From: Reclinomonas americana ATCC 50394
Lineage: Eukaryota
DNA length: 49,660 bases
NCBI GenBank assembly: GCA_048213135.1
Contig: PS015079.1
Coordinates: 2,781 to 52,440 of the forward strand
Reading direction: 5' to 3'
The first letter of the stretch is position 1. Each line of letters begins with the position of its first letter. This document shows positions 38,026-49,660 of the stretch, piece after piece. The position numbers and the translations under genes are program-made. Below the pieces are notes generated by a model that worked only from the letters and a program-made list of their open reading frames with translations, did no database searches and was not told the DNA's origin.

Positions 38026-41000
38026 ATGTCTGCTTACTTGGCGCACAGGTACCAGTACAACGTGACGTTGACGTTGCGATCGCCGCAGTCGCCTGTCGCC
38101 GGCCCATCGGGCACGTCAACGGCCTACATTGCTTACTCCACCGACAACACTCCAGTGTCGGCGATGCAGACGCTGCCCACGAATGGCGGTGATCCGAAAC
38201 CCGGACAGGTACGCGCTCGTACAGTACGCAATGTGGCGGTGAATCTCAACCGTGTGCTTTTGCGAATGCAGCTGCTGCTCCGACTGGTCCCCACAGGCGC
38301 CAGTGCACCTGCGCAACAGACGGCAACGCTGCTGCTTACTCGCAGCATCACACTGCGAGGTGCGTCTGCCTTGTGTGACGCACGTCGCTGTGCTCTCCAG
38401 TTCTGAATTCACCACAGCTCGAGTGGTGCATCCGGACTACTTTGCCAGTCCCGAGACTGTCGCCTCCTACACAGTCCTCCAGGCACCGCAGCATGCGCCA
38501 CTGTTGGAGCTGCAAGGTACTACGCAGTTTCTGTCATCATGCTGGAGGATATCGCGCGTCTCATCCCCATTGCCTGCAGTGGGCACTGTGCCGGTGCCCT
38601 CCACCACCAACTCCAGCGTGGCTGTGGACGACAGCAACACCTTCTTCCAAGATCCCAGCGATCCGCAGCTTTACATTATCACACCGCGCACAGTATTGCG
38701 TTTCGACGACACGCAGTTCACCGGTTACCTCTTTCTGCGAGTGGTGGCACGGAATAACACTGGTCTGTCGCTGCGTCTCGCGTTGTTCTCTTTGTCGCAC
38801 CACCTCATTGCCATTGATGGGGTCAGTGGTGAGCGACTGGTCCATGTATCTCGGGGCGGTGTTTGTTACCCCGGCCATGGGCGACGGGTTCACCATCTTT
38901 GGACAAGTGCGTGAGCCCGGCTTTCTCCCGAGCGCCACCCTCAGTCGTCGTTTCGAAGTTCGTGAGGTTTGCGTCTGTTCTGCTCGCTGCATGCATTTCC
39001 CCTATAGTCGGCATGCTCAAGGTGGGTTGTGGTTGAGCAGCGCCAACCGGCCCCGACGCTCACGCTGGAGCAAGTGGCGCCCTACGAGGCCCTTGTGCAT
39101 GTGGATCTCGGCGGCTCCGTGTCGTTTGGTCGCGTGTTCTACACGTTCGGCGAGGCGCAGCAGCCACTCGAAAGCGCCTTCCTGCTCAATCCGGCGTGAG
39201 TCCATGTAGAAATGCGTCCGCTTTGACGCTGTCGTTGACGTGCTTTCCTCTTACGCAGGTACACTCCCGTGGCTCTCGACAGCACACAGTCGTGTCTGTC
39301 AATCCTCCCGTGTGTGTACTCGGTGAATCGTGTGCGAAGCCGCGAGTTTCTGCGAGTCAACACCAACACAACAGTCGGCACCGGTGCTGGGCCAGCCGGC
39401 AGTGTGGTCGAGGGCACGTCGCACGACATGACGATTCGCGTGCGCGGCCGTTCCACCACCTTTCGCTGCATGACGATTGTCGACGGCATGTCGCTGTTCT
39501 CACCCTCCCGCAACTACTCACTGGTGCTGGCGGCGGAACTGCAGCCGACCAATGTTGCGAATGAGAGTCGCCTCGTTGTGCATTACGTGCTGACTGTGAC
39601 GCGCGCCGCAGCGGACGCCACTGATCATTGGCTTGACGGCTGGCCTCGGTGGAGCAGCTCTGCTTCTCGTGCTTGCTCTGCTTCTGTGGCGCTGCTGTCG
39701 ACGGCGGCAGTGCTGGCTGCGATGCTGCGCGCGCTTGGAGAAATGCACTCGCGGAACGTGGCGCTGTTGTCGTGCCGGCAGCGCGTTTTGCTGTCGCTGC
39801 TGTCGTCGGTCGGGGGGCAGCGGCACGCGCAAGTTTGCCGCTCGGCCGTCGCCGTACTACCAGGGGTTTTCGTCAGAGTATCAGGAGGCCCAGCAGCGGG
39901 TGTGTGCTGCAGTCGTGGAGACGATGTGCTCTTGTGGCTGATGTCTCGATGCAGTTTGCGGAATACGTCAAGCGACGAGAAAAGAGTCTGCAGCACTCCA
40001 CTGACGCCGTGCACGCCGTCCAACAAGGTACATGCATTTAATAATGAGTAATGCGTGCGTTCAGAGAGTCACTCACCCATGATCACGCCGCAGCCATCAT
40101 GGCGTACGAGACGCACCAGGCCACATTTGCAGAAGTACCGATGCCGCCGGTCTCATTCGCCGAGCAGTGGCTGGGTGGCACTGCTGCAGCCGATCCGCCG
40201 GCACCACTGGCGGCGGCTCCCGTGAGCACGCTCATGTCGCGCGACTCGCTGCGCGTCTCCTCTCGTGTGTCGATGCGACTGAGTGCCATTCAGGTCTGTT
40301 GGATGTGTGCCTGCGTGCTGCTGTTTGTATTCCTGCTGACGGCGACTCAGTCACTGCGACCGCTGACGTTTGATGTCGACGACGAGAGTTCTGCCGAGGA
40401 CGACAGCGGCGGTGAGTGGGACCTGGAAGACGAGGAAGATGCAGAGGAGGAGGAGGAGAGTGGCGCCTCGACGGCGTCTTCCTCGCCGTGGTACGATGAG
40501 GAGGAGGAGGAAGAGGAGGCTGTAGAGGCCGTAGAGGAAGATGGTAACCGCGGACGGGAAGGTGTGGAGGATGCGGCGGGCGGGGTGGCTCCGGAGTCGG
40601 TGTTCTTGCAGCTCGAGGTACGTGAGACACTGCTGGTGAGTGTGCCATGGTGGTGGTGGATCTTTTCATATTTTGGTTGCAGAGCGGTGCTGCCGGCTCC
40701 GTGTCCCCCATTGTCAGTGCCGCCCCCGCACCCCTGGTGGTCAGCAATGATGACGCGCGCGGCGGCGATGACTCGGGACCGCTGCAAGTGGCACGTCAGC
40801 GGCGACAGGAGCAGGCTCAGTGGACCACGGAGGTGATTCGCAGCATCCGCCTGAAAGGAAGCGACAGCAACGTGCTGCGCTCGCTGCTATCGTCGACCGA
40901 CGACAGCGACGAGGATGGTGGCGCATCACAGGCGCGAGAAGAGCAGCAGCAGCAGCAGCAACCAGTTCGGTGGAGTCTGTTGGCACGTCGCCAGGAGCAC

Positions 41001-41337
41001 CATCGGGCCTCCATGTCGCCACTCGCACCCACCGCATCGCCAGCTGTGCGTACAAATACTCCGCTGGCCGCCACTCCCAACTCGCGCGCCAGTGCCGTCA
41101 CGCCACTCGCCGTCAGATCGCCAGTGAGTGCCAATCGGCAGCGTGAGGTGGAACGCGGTCGACTGCTCGAGCAAGTTGCGCGTACTTTGAGCGTGGCTGC
41201 TGGTGTGCATGTGAATTGATTTACTTTATGCAGGCCTATCAACGACGCCGGCGACGGCAAGATGACGACCTGCTGGTACAAGAGTCGCTGGCCGGGTCGA
41301 CGCACCTGCCAGGTGCGCTGGCCAGGTTGTTGCGTGA
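32267..41337 (+). CDS. Very large type-I membrane/surface protein: signal peptide, Cys-rich repeats, LamG-like, discoidin-like, tandem chitobiase-C/Fn3-associated domains, TM, low-complexity cytoplasmic tail
   Basis: Signal MMTIASRWAVLLVTVCLLVAP; three G.(Y/W)SPA....CT...G.G...CP repeats (about 34950-35630); LamG-like ITVEAWFRP...FFVGDIDEVRVY; VELKFASTVSITSVTVYN; IRYTLDGTTP and IAYSTDNTP; TM LIIGLTAGLGGAALLLVLALLLW (about 39620-39690). The exon set is only partly resolved and the 3' end is uncertain. Confidence 0.75.
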
Positions 41338-41570
41338 ACAGCGGGAATGAGAGTCGGGAATGAAGTGGTCAAGCCAACATGCTGCATGATCAGCAACGTC
41401 GACGTCGCGATCGAAAGTCGAAATGCCTTGGTCACGCTCCCCAAAAGAAAAGGAAAGCTGTACTCTTCAGTGCGCTTGCTGGGTGGTCGCGCGAGACAAG
41501 GCTTGCAACTTCGATATCGCATCGCATCGATCGGACACATCGCAGCGAACATCCGTTCACCAGCTGCAAG

Positions 41571-42532
41571 NNNNNNNNNNNNNNNNNNNNNNNNNNNNNN
41601 NNNNNNNNNNNNNNNNNNNNNNNNNNNNNNNNNNNNNNNNNNNNNNNNNNNNNNNNNNNNNNNNNNNNNNNNNNNNNNNNNNNNNNNNNNNNNNNNNNNN
41701 NNNNNNNNNNNNNNNNNNNNNNNNNNNNNNNNNNNNNNNNNNNNNNNNNNNNNNNNNNNNNNNNNNNNNNNNNNNNNNNNNNNNNNNNNNNNNNNNNNNN
41801 NNNNNNNNNNNNNNNNNNNNNNNNNNNNNNNNNNNNNNNNNNNNNNNNNNNNNNNNNNNNNNNNNNNNNNNNNNNNNNNNNNNNNNNNNNNNNNNNNNNN
41901 NNNNNNNNNNNNNNNNNNNNNNNNNNNNNNNNNNNNNNNNNNNNNNNNNNNNNNNNNNNNNNNNNNNNNNNNNNNNNNNNNNNNNNNNNNNNNNNNNNNN
42001 NNNNNNNNNNNNNNNNNNNNNNNNNNNNNNNNNNNNNNNNNNNNNNNNNNNNNNNNNNNNNNNNNNNNNNNNNNNNNNNNNNNNNNNNNNNNNNNNNNNN
42101 NNNNNNNNNNNNNNNNNNNNNNNNNNNNNNNNNNNNNNNNNNNNNNNNNNNNNNNNNNNNNNNNNNNNNNNNNNNNNNNNNNNNNNNNNNNNNNNNNNNN
42201 NNNNNNNNNNNNNNNNNNNNNNNNNNNNNNNNNNNNNNNNNNNNNNNNNNNNNNNNNNNNNNNNNNNNNNNNNNNNNNNNNNNNNNNNNNNNNNNNNNNN
42301 NNNNNNNNNNNNNNNNNNNNNNNNNNNNNNNNNNNNNNNNNNNNNNNNNNNNNNNNNNNNNNNNNNNNNNNNNNNNNNNNNNNNNNNNNNNNNNNNNNNN
42401 NNNNNNNNNNNNNNNNNNNNNNNNNNNNNNNNNNNNNNNNNNNNNNNNNNNNNNNNNNNNNNNNNNNNNNNNNNNNNNNNNNNNNNNNNNNNNNNNNNNN
42501 NNNNNNNNNNNNNNNNNNNNNNNNNNNNNNNN
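41571..42532. other. Assembly gap (N)
   Basis: Run of N. Confidence 1.
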
Positions 42533-42570
42533 CCCGTCAGTTGTCGCCAGTGTGCGTGCGCGCAAAGAGA

Positions 42571-45500
42571 ATGGGCTGTTGTTCCTCGAAAGCCCCGCGC
42601 GTTGCTCCCTTGAACGGCCCCGATGACATCGACGCTGGCGAAGGTGTCGGCGTTAACAGCAGACCATCACAACCGCCATCGTCGCGACACAGTGCGATGC
42701 GATCTCGTGCCGCTCAACGTGGCTCACAGGTGCGTCTTTCCCACTTGCACACACACACACACACTCTCTCTCTCTCACACACACACCCACTGAACCTCAC
42801 AGACTGTGTCCTTTGTCGCGGGCGCTGATGCGTATCGATCGCTGCTTGGTCGCCTGCATGTTGCTGCCTCGTTGCGTCTCTCCCTCCCTCCCTCTCCCTC
42901 CCTCTCTCTCACTGTCTTGATCGCAGTGGTGGACCGCGTCGTCGCAACAGTCTGCGTGCGGCCAGTGTGGATCCCACCACCGACACCTTCTCCGTGACGC
43001 ACGCCGAGACGCAGATGCGACAGGAGCTGCTGTTTGTGAGCAGTGTGGTCGACTTTCTGCGTGCAGAGGCGCGTCTGGTCGACAAGTTTGCCTCGCGGTT
43101 GGCGCGCCTGCCGGGCTCGCGATTGCCGCCACCACCGCCCTCGGGTGTCAGGTACGCACTGTGGCGCAGAGAGAGGAGGCGCGTACGGTTGTGCTTACCC
43201 GATCGCACAGAACGAGCATTGAGACCGTGCATGGCGATGTGTTGCAGCATGCGGAGATTAGTGCGTCGCAGTGCGCGTTCTGGTCGCGTACGGTGACCGC
43301 ACACTTGCTGCCGCTGCTCGTGTCCACGGCGGAGACATCGCGGCAGCAGGTGACGCAGTCGATGAAGGAGATCACGCGCTTGCAAAAGGAGCTGACGCGA
43401 CTGGCCACTCAAGTGGAAGAGGTGCTTGGCTGACACACATATGCGTCGTGTGCATGGTCGTTCGCGCGCGCTCACTCGAACTTGTTTGTTGTTGGCAGCG
43501 ACGGCGCACGCAGGCCGCAGCATTGGCGCGCGCCGAGATGTCGCTGGTTGCTGCACCGTCGGCCAGTCCCTCCTCCAGTCAGGCGGTCGAGGAGCAGCAA
43601 CAGGCGCATGCCCGTGCACAGACACTGGCGTACTGGCAAGCCGTGCATGCGTACACGGCCACGCGCGAGTTGTACTTGTTGCAGCTGACGGCGGCCCGGC
43701 GGGCGTTATGGACGGCGCAGCACTCGTGCACGGCCACGGTTGTTGTTACACTTACGTCGTACGCTTCCTCCAAGCAAGCACTCGGGCGTGCACTCGAACA
43801 GAGTCTGCTGGCGCGCCACGCTCAGTTGGAAGCCGCCGTTGCGCCCGGTGCCGTTCGATCGCCACGCACGGCGCCGTCTCTGGCCGCCCTTGTCGAGCAG
43901 GTACGAAGTGCCGCGCAGCAGGTGACGGTGATGGCGGAGCATTTGGATGCGGAGTCGAGCAGTCGTGCAGCGCACGTGGCCGCATTGCGGTCATTGGTGG
44001 TGAAGAGCAAGACGGGAATCGTTGATGGTCTGCGATTTGACGTGGGCTCCCTGCACGCACTGTGGATGGAGGCGCGCAACTCGCCGCTGATGGTGATGGA
44101 CATTCATGAGTGGCTGGCGGCGGAGTTGCACAGTTCGGCACTGGAGCTGCGTGCGCGAGCCACCCAACTCTCCGCACTGGCCACCGCCATCGACAGCGAC
44201 GACGCTGCATTCCGCCGACGACTCAAGGCCGCGCTAAAGGGCGTGTCTGCAGCAGAGGCGGCACTGGTGGCGGCCAAGGGTACCGAGGAGGATGTGACGG
44301 CGGCACGCGAGGCACTGGCGGTGGTCGAGGACCAGCATCACATCCGACTGGATGCCGCCCGGGAGCAAGTGAGGGCGGCCATGGCGGAGCGCGCCACCGC
44401 CGTGCACAGCGCCCTGGATCGGTACGCGTGCCTGCACCAGGAGCTGTGTCGCAGCGTTGAGGAGTCGGTGTTGGGTGACGACAACTGGACCACGCGCCTG
44501 CAGATGGTCGACGGGAATGCCGAGTGGAATCTCTTTGCTGGACCACACGTCGAGCAGGCGCCGCCGGTCGTCGAGTTCCACCCGGCACGCTCGCAGCACT
44601 TTGACGTCTGTGCACAGGTCTGTCGTGTCGCACTCTGATGATTTTCTTTGTTGCATATCGTCGCTCAATCCCTTCCCTTGCATCACATAGATACCACCTT
44701 TGGCTGCCGCTGCTGCTGCCGCTGCCGCTGCTCCTCCTCCTCCTCTCGCACCTTCATCTCGACCGCCGACACGGGGACCGGCATCGGCCGCCGCGAGTGT
44801 GGTACAGTATGATCGCGAATCGCACGGCAGTCCACGAACGCCACGCTCTCCGCCCACACTGCCAACGTCGCCGTCTCCTCGCGCACTGCCGAGCTCGTCG
44901 ACCTCGTCGCCGTCGCAACCACCCCCAGCGCCGGCGCCGGCGTCGCGCGCGCTCCCTGTTGCGTCCCCGGTGCGATCGCCCAGGTCGCCGCCGGCGTCAC
45001 CGCCTGTGACAATGGCAGCGCGACCACCCGCACCACCTGCAGCCTCATCGCCACCACCTCCACCACCGCCCCCGCCTCCACCTCCACCACCGCCTCCGCC
45101 GCCGCCCGCATTGTTGCCGTCCCCGGCCTCGCCCAGGCTACCCTCCGCCGCTTCACACGAGGTCGGCAGCGGTGCAGGCAACGCACACAGCAGTCCGCGA
45201 ATGGATCTGCGATCGATGGTGATGGACGACATTCGGCGTGGGTCGGTGGCCCTGAAAAAGGCGCCGCCGTTGGCGGAGCGGCCGATTGTGGTGCGTTGAA
45301 TGGGTCAGTCGAGGAGGGTGTATTTTTTTGCGTCGCTCACACACTTTGCGTAGGTCCCTCGCCCGAATGTGGCACCGCCGAGTGGAGTGATGGAGGAGTT
45401 GTATGGCAAGATGGCCAATCGGCGCAGGAGCATGAAGGGCAAGGCGAATGGCGGTGGCGCCGANNNNNNNNNNNNNNNNNNNNNNNNNNNNNNNNNNNNN

Positions 45501-45987
45501 NNNNNNNNNNNNNNNNNNNNNNNNNNNNNNNNNNNNNNNNNNNNNNNNNNNNNNNNNNNNNNNNNNNNNNNNNNNNNNNNNNNNNNNNNNNNNNNNNNNN
45601 NNNNNNNNNNNNNNNNNNNNNNNNNNNNNNNNNNNNNNNNNNNNNNNNNNNNNNNNNNNNNNNNNNNNNNNNNNNNNNNNNNNNNNNNNNNNNNNNNNNN
45701 NNNNNNNNNNNNNNNNNNNNNNNNNNNNNNNNNNNNNNNNNNNNNNNNNNNNNNNNNNNNNNNNNNNNNNNNNNNNNNNNNNNNNNNNNNNNNNNNNNNN
45801 NNNNNNNNNNNNNNNNNNNNNNNNNNNNNNNNNNNNNNNNNNNNNNNNNNNNNNNNNNNNNNNNNNNNNNNNNNNNNNNNNNNNNNNNNNNNNNNNNNNN
45901 NNNNNNNNNNNNNNNNNNNNNNNNNNNNNNNNNNNNNNNNNNNNNNNNNNNNNTGACGATGATGAGGAGGATGATGAGCAGTGGTAG
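42571..45987 (+). CDS. N-acylated helical (F-BAR-like) + poly-Pro + WH2-Central-Acidic (WCA/VCA) protein; candidate Arp2/3 nucleation-promoting factor
   Basis: Start MGCCSSK; helical region; P-rich tract; WH2 RSMVMDDIRRGSVALKKA; central helix GVMEELYGKMANRRRSM; after an N gap DDDEEDDEQW*. GT-AG introns keep frame. The link across the gap is inferred. Confidence 0.85.
45464..45953. other. Assembly gap (N) at the start of the acidic tail of the WCA gene
   Basis: Run of N. Confidence 1.
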
Positions 45988-46599
45988 ATGCAGTGGGAGA
46001 AGGAGAAGGAGGAGACGATGAGGCATGGGGGAGGGGTGCAGAGGCTAAAGGTGCGAGAGAGGAGGAGAAGTACATTGAACGGGCATGTCAGGTTCACTGC
46101 CGGGAGCAGTGGAGGATGGAGCGCTGCGATGGGAGTACGAGGCGGCATGACAGAGGAGGAGCAGTGAACCGTGATGCGAGAGAGGAGCGAGAGCGCGGCA
46201 AGGAGGAGAGCAGAGTACGGTGATGTGAGAGAGGAGAATTGAGAAGGAGGGTTTTCGGTTGAGAGGAAAGAGCGTCAACAATGACGAGGGAGAGGGATGA
46301 AGGTCAGGGCTGGAGGGTGGTAAATTGAGAGGGAAGTGATTGATAAGAGGGTGGTTAGGCTGAACGTGAGGAATCGCGTGTGAGTGCAGAAGCAACTGCA
46401 TTTGCAAAGCACAAAGATACGACATAATTGGAGTGCAGAGAGCTGTGATGCGTGAGGGGGACAAGTGCTATAAGAGGTGAAGTACAGAGAGCACAGCGAC
46501 GCAAATGGGGTAACTTGTGTTCTCGTTCGTTACGGGTGAGTATATTAGTGAGCAGTGCTTTATTGCATGCACAGGTCCTCTCTCATTCCCCTCAGTCTC

Positions 46600-48689
46600 T
46601 CACTTGAGAGAACGTAATGTGTCCACCGCTCCCGTGTCACCACTGCGTGCGGCGCGCCCCAGCTCGAATCCGGCAACTGCGGATGTGAGGTACAAGTCGC
46701 GGAATAATGTTTCGAACTCGTCTCGTTGCTGCGTGCGTGCAAAACAAGAAGTGAGCAGCAGTCAACCAACTCAGTGGAATGTGGAGACGACAAACCAATA
46801 CGCCGTCCGAGTTCTTGTCGACCGCTGCACAAGAATAGCGAGCAAAGGGAGATAAGCGAAAAGGAAATGGACGTCAGAGAGACACACAAAGAGAGGAAAT
46901 ACAGAATACAGAAGGCATGTGAAATGCAGACGAGAGAGATGGGATACATAGGAATGCAGGAGAGAAATCAGAGTCTGGCAACGGAGGTGGCATGAATCGC
47001 ACACACCACGAGAGGAACGACAGGATACAGAAGTGCATGCAGAAAGGCAGACGGCAGAGAGATGTGATACATAGGAATTCAGGAGAGAAATCAGAGTCTG
47101 GCAACGGAGAGGGCATGAAACGAGAGGAACGACAGCATACAGAAGGCATGCATGAATGCAGACAGAGAGATGTGATACATAGGAAGTCAAGAGAGAAAGG
47201 GCGACACAAACACAGTGAGAGGAGCGACAGAATACAGAAGGTATGCAAAAAAGGCAGACGGCAGAGGGATGTGATACATAGGAAGTCAGGAGAGACATCA
47301 GAGACTGGCAACGGAGGTGGCATGAATCGCACACACAATGAGAGGAACGACAGAATACAGAAGGGCATGCATGAAAGGCACGACAAAGAGATGGGATATG
47401 TAGCGATTCAGGAGAGACATCAGAGACTGGCATAAACCACACGCAATGAGAGGAACGACTGGTGCAAATGACAGAAGAAGTGTGAGAGATGAACAGCGAT
47501 TCGCACCGAGGGACACAACAGCAACGCACGATACATATGTTGTGCAATCATAAGGACAGTATGTTGTAAACGGAGAAGGCATGCACTACACTCACAAATG
47601 AGTGGAACGACAGAAAATAGACGATAGGCGCAAATGGCAAGTGACACAAAGGGAGAAGAGGAATAGGATGTACAACAAAGAATGACACAAAGAAAGCACG
47701 ACAGATGACAGTAGTTAGGCTCGTATGGTACAAGACAAAGAGATTTGATGCATAGGGCACAAGAGAGGCACGAGTGACTCACCTTGCAATCCCCTCCGCG
47801 CGTCTTCCAGCGTCGGTTCGTCCATTGGCACATTCAGCACATTGACCATTTCTGCCATGACAGTCAATATCTTCCTTGTCCGCTACGCTCACGCACACAA
47901 GTACGTACCCGAGTGCACTTGCTTCAGCACATTGAGCAACTCGCCAGCATCGAGTGTTCCGTTGGAATCCAAATCACTCTGCGCAAACGCCACATCGACC
48001 TGCCGCTTGAAAGCCGGTGTGTCGAATGTGGCCTCCACTGTGGCAATGAACTCTTCCAGCTCCTGCACTCCCGCACTTCAGTGCACAACATACAATGCAC
48101 ACCAATCTCGACACACTCACCGGATCAAACGCATCGTCGTCGTCGTCATCGCCCGCAGAATGTCCACGCAGTCCGTTGTAGGGCATCCGCGCGCCGCCGC
48201 CACCACCGGCGCCTCCACTCAGCTGATTCGCTCGCTTGTAGCCACTGACGGCCGACATGAGGAAGATTTGACGCACGAGCACCTCGAATTCATCTTTTTG
48301 CAGCACGCCGTCGCGATTGGCGTCCAGCGCTGCGCCACCCCCCACACCGACACATGTCACCACCAACACGTATTTCGCGAGTGCCAAATGCCCCCACTGA
48401 CAACACACCTTCCAATGCAAACTGCGAGTCCTCCACACTCGGCACTGGAATGCTCATGCCGAGCATTTCGGAGAATGCTGCGTCCAGAGTGTGAGAGCGG
48501 TGGTCACTTAAATGACAATAAGCATGCAGACAGACCCGAATGACACTCCAGCAGGACCGCGTGCAACTCGGCCACATCGATCGTGTTGCTGCGGTCGGTA
48601 TCGGCGCGGTAGAACGCCATTTCGACTTGCAGCTGAAAGTCGGGTGCCGAGAACACCTGCTGTACGTTGGCGACAAGATCGGCGAGTTC
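46600..48689 (-). CDS. EF-hand Ca2+-binding protein with duplicated EF-pair modules (5' part upstream/unresolved)
   Basis: Four canonical loops: DTDRSNTIDVAE, DANRDGVLQKDE, DLDSNGTLDAGE and DKNSDGVL|QRDE. Stop TGA at 46600-46602. Includes a 958-nt intron at 46825-47782. Confidence 0.88.
46890..47460. repeat. Minisatellite-like array, about 5.5 copies of a 95-125 nt unit, intronic
   Basis: Unit starts gagagga(a/g)(c/a)..cag.atacagaag near 46891, 47010, 47122, 47217, 47340 and 47448; shared gatgtgatacataggaa..caggagaga.atcagag.ctggcaacggag. Confidence 0.9.
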
Positions 48690-48923
48690 CTAAATGGAGA
48701 AGGGGGAAGGTGTGCGTGAGGGGGGGAAAGGGTGACAGGAGAGGGGAAGAGGACGTACTGGATTGTTGGCGACTGAGGGGGGAATGTCCATGCCTTCGAC
48801 GCGGGTGGCGGCCACTGAACCGGGGGAAGGAGGAGTGAGGCAGAGAAAGGGAGGAAGAAAGAGGAAAAGCGGGAGAAAAGGAGGAAAAGGTGAGGACAGG
48901 GAGTGGGAGAGGAAGAAAAGATG

Positions 48924-49357
48924 GAGAGAGAGGCATCAGTAATCCACTATCAGCGTGGGTGTGAGCGAGATAAAGTGCATCAAAATCAGCAAGGCATGCA
49001 GAAGCACAGGAGCGAGACTGAAAGACGGTAGACCGTGTCTGCAAGAGCGATATACGAGAGGAGGCGAGACAGTGAGAACGGAGAGAGAATAGCAGATGGG
49101 GAAACGTCAGTCTGCAAAGGTATTTCGATAAAGGACAATGAGGAGAGACGAGAGAGAGAGAGAGAGAGAGAGAAGGAGCGTGAGAGAGGCATCAGAAATA
49201 CACTGTGAGCGTGGGTGAGAGTGAGCGAGATAAAGTGCATCTAATGGCATGCAGAAGCACAGGAGCAAGTCTACAAGACGGTAGACTGTGTCTGTAAGAG
49301 CGAAATAAGAGCGGAGGCGAGACGGCGAGAACAGAGAGTCAGCTGATGGGGAAACGT
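48924..49357. repeat. Diverged direct repeat, two ~180-nt copies about 255 nt apart
   Basis: gagagaggcatcag...gtgagcgagataaagtgcatc...ggcatgcagaagcacaggagc...aagacggtagac...gatggggaaacgt occurs at about 48924-49107 and 49182-49357. Confidence 0.88.
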
Positions 49358-49660
49358 GTGGCTGCAGAGCGAGCGAGACAGCATGGAAATATGGGAAGCA
49401 TTTCGAAGAGGGAGAATGAGAAGAGACGAGAGTGTGAGAGAGACACACAAGAGAGAAAGAGGAATGGAAAATTCCACAAAACAACGAGGAAAACGGGCGA
49501 AGGAGAGGTCAAGGCAGCGAGATGCAGAAGAAGGCAGACAGAGCAGGAGAAAGAAGCGAGACATTGTTTGTGAGAGAAAAAAGTGGGTGATAACTTGGGA
49601 AGGGACGCAGAGGAAGTAGAACGAATGAGAGAGAAATAGACGAAGAGAGAGAGAGAGAGA

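Noticed and set aside
41347-42828. ORFs spanning the 962-N gap
   Set aside because: Artefacts of translating N.
46771-47547. 258-aa Cys/Ser/Leu-rich repetitive ORF and regularly spaced repeats resembling a CRISPR array
   Set aside because: It lies within a GT-AG intron of the EF-hand gene. The units are degenerate along their whole length with no unique spacers, and there are no cas genes.
1-49660. tRNA, rRNA, snoRNA, transposase, or introner-like repeated introns
   Set aside because: No cloverleaf, rRNA motif, RT/transposase motif or shared intron sequence with terminal repeats was recognised by eye. tRNAscan/Infernal would be needed to exclude small RNAs.

Overview
Gene-dense, intron-rich draft scaffold of a unicellular eukaryote. 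It is GC-rich, has mostly 55-90 nt GT-AG introns, (GT)n/(GA)n microsatellites and six N gaps; the lineage cannot be determined from sequence alone, though an amoeboid protist is plausible. Manual splicing gives about 12 genes in alternating strand blocks: a micro-exon thioredoxin-like gene plus a tiny TM ORF (+); DEPDC5/Iml1 and sphingosine-1-phosphate lyase (-); WD40, PX-BAR-ARM sorting nexin, claudin-like and ARID SWI/SNF-like genes (+); a multi-PAS hybrid histidine kinase and a DUF1295 gene (-); a giant type-I surface protein and an N-acylated F-BAR-like/poly-Pro/WCA protein (+); and a duplicated EF-hand gene (-, 5' part not resolved). The best candidate for something new is the self-contained membrane-anchored BAR-WCA Arp2/3 activator. 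Also notable are the PX-BAR-ARM fusion, six consecutive phase-0 micro-exons, stop-to-start spacings of 8-120 nt, and a recurrent GTTGCG splice donor. All gene models are by-eye splicing, with no database or transcript support.
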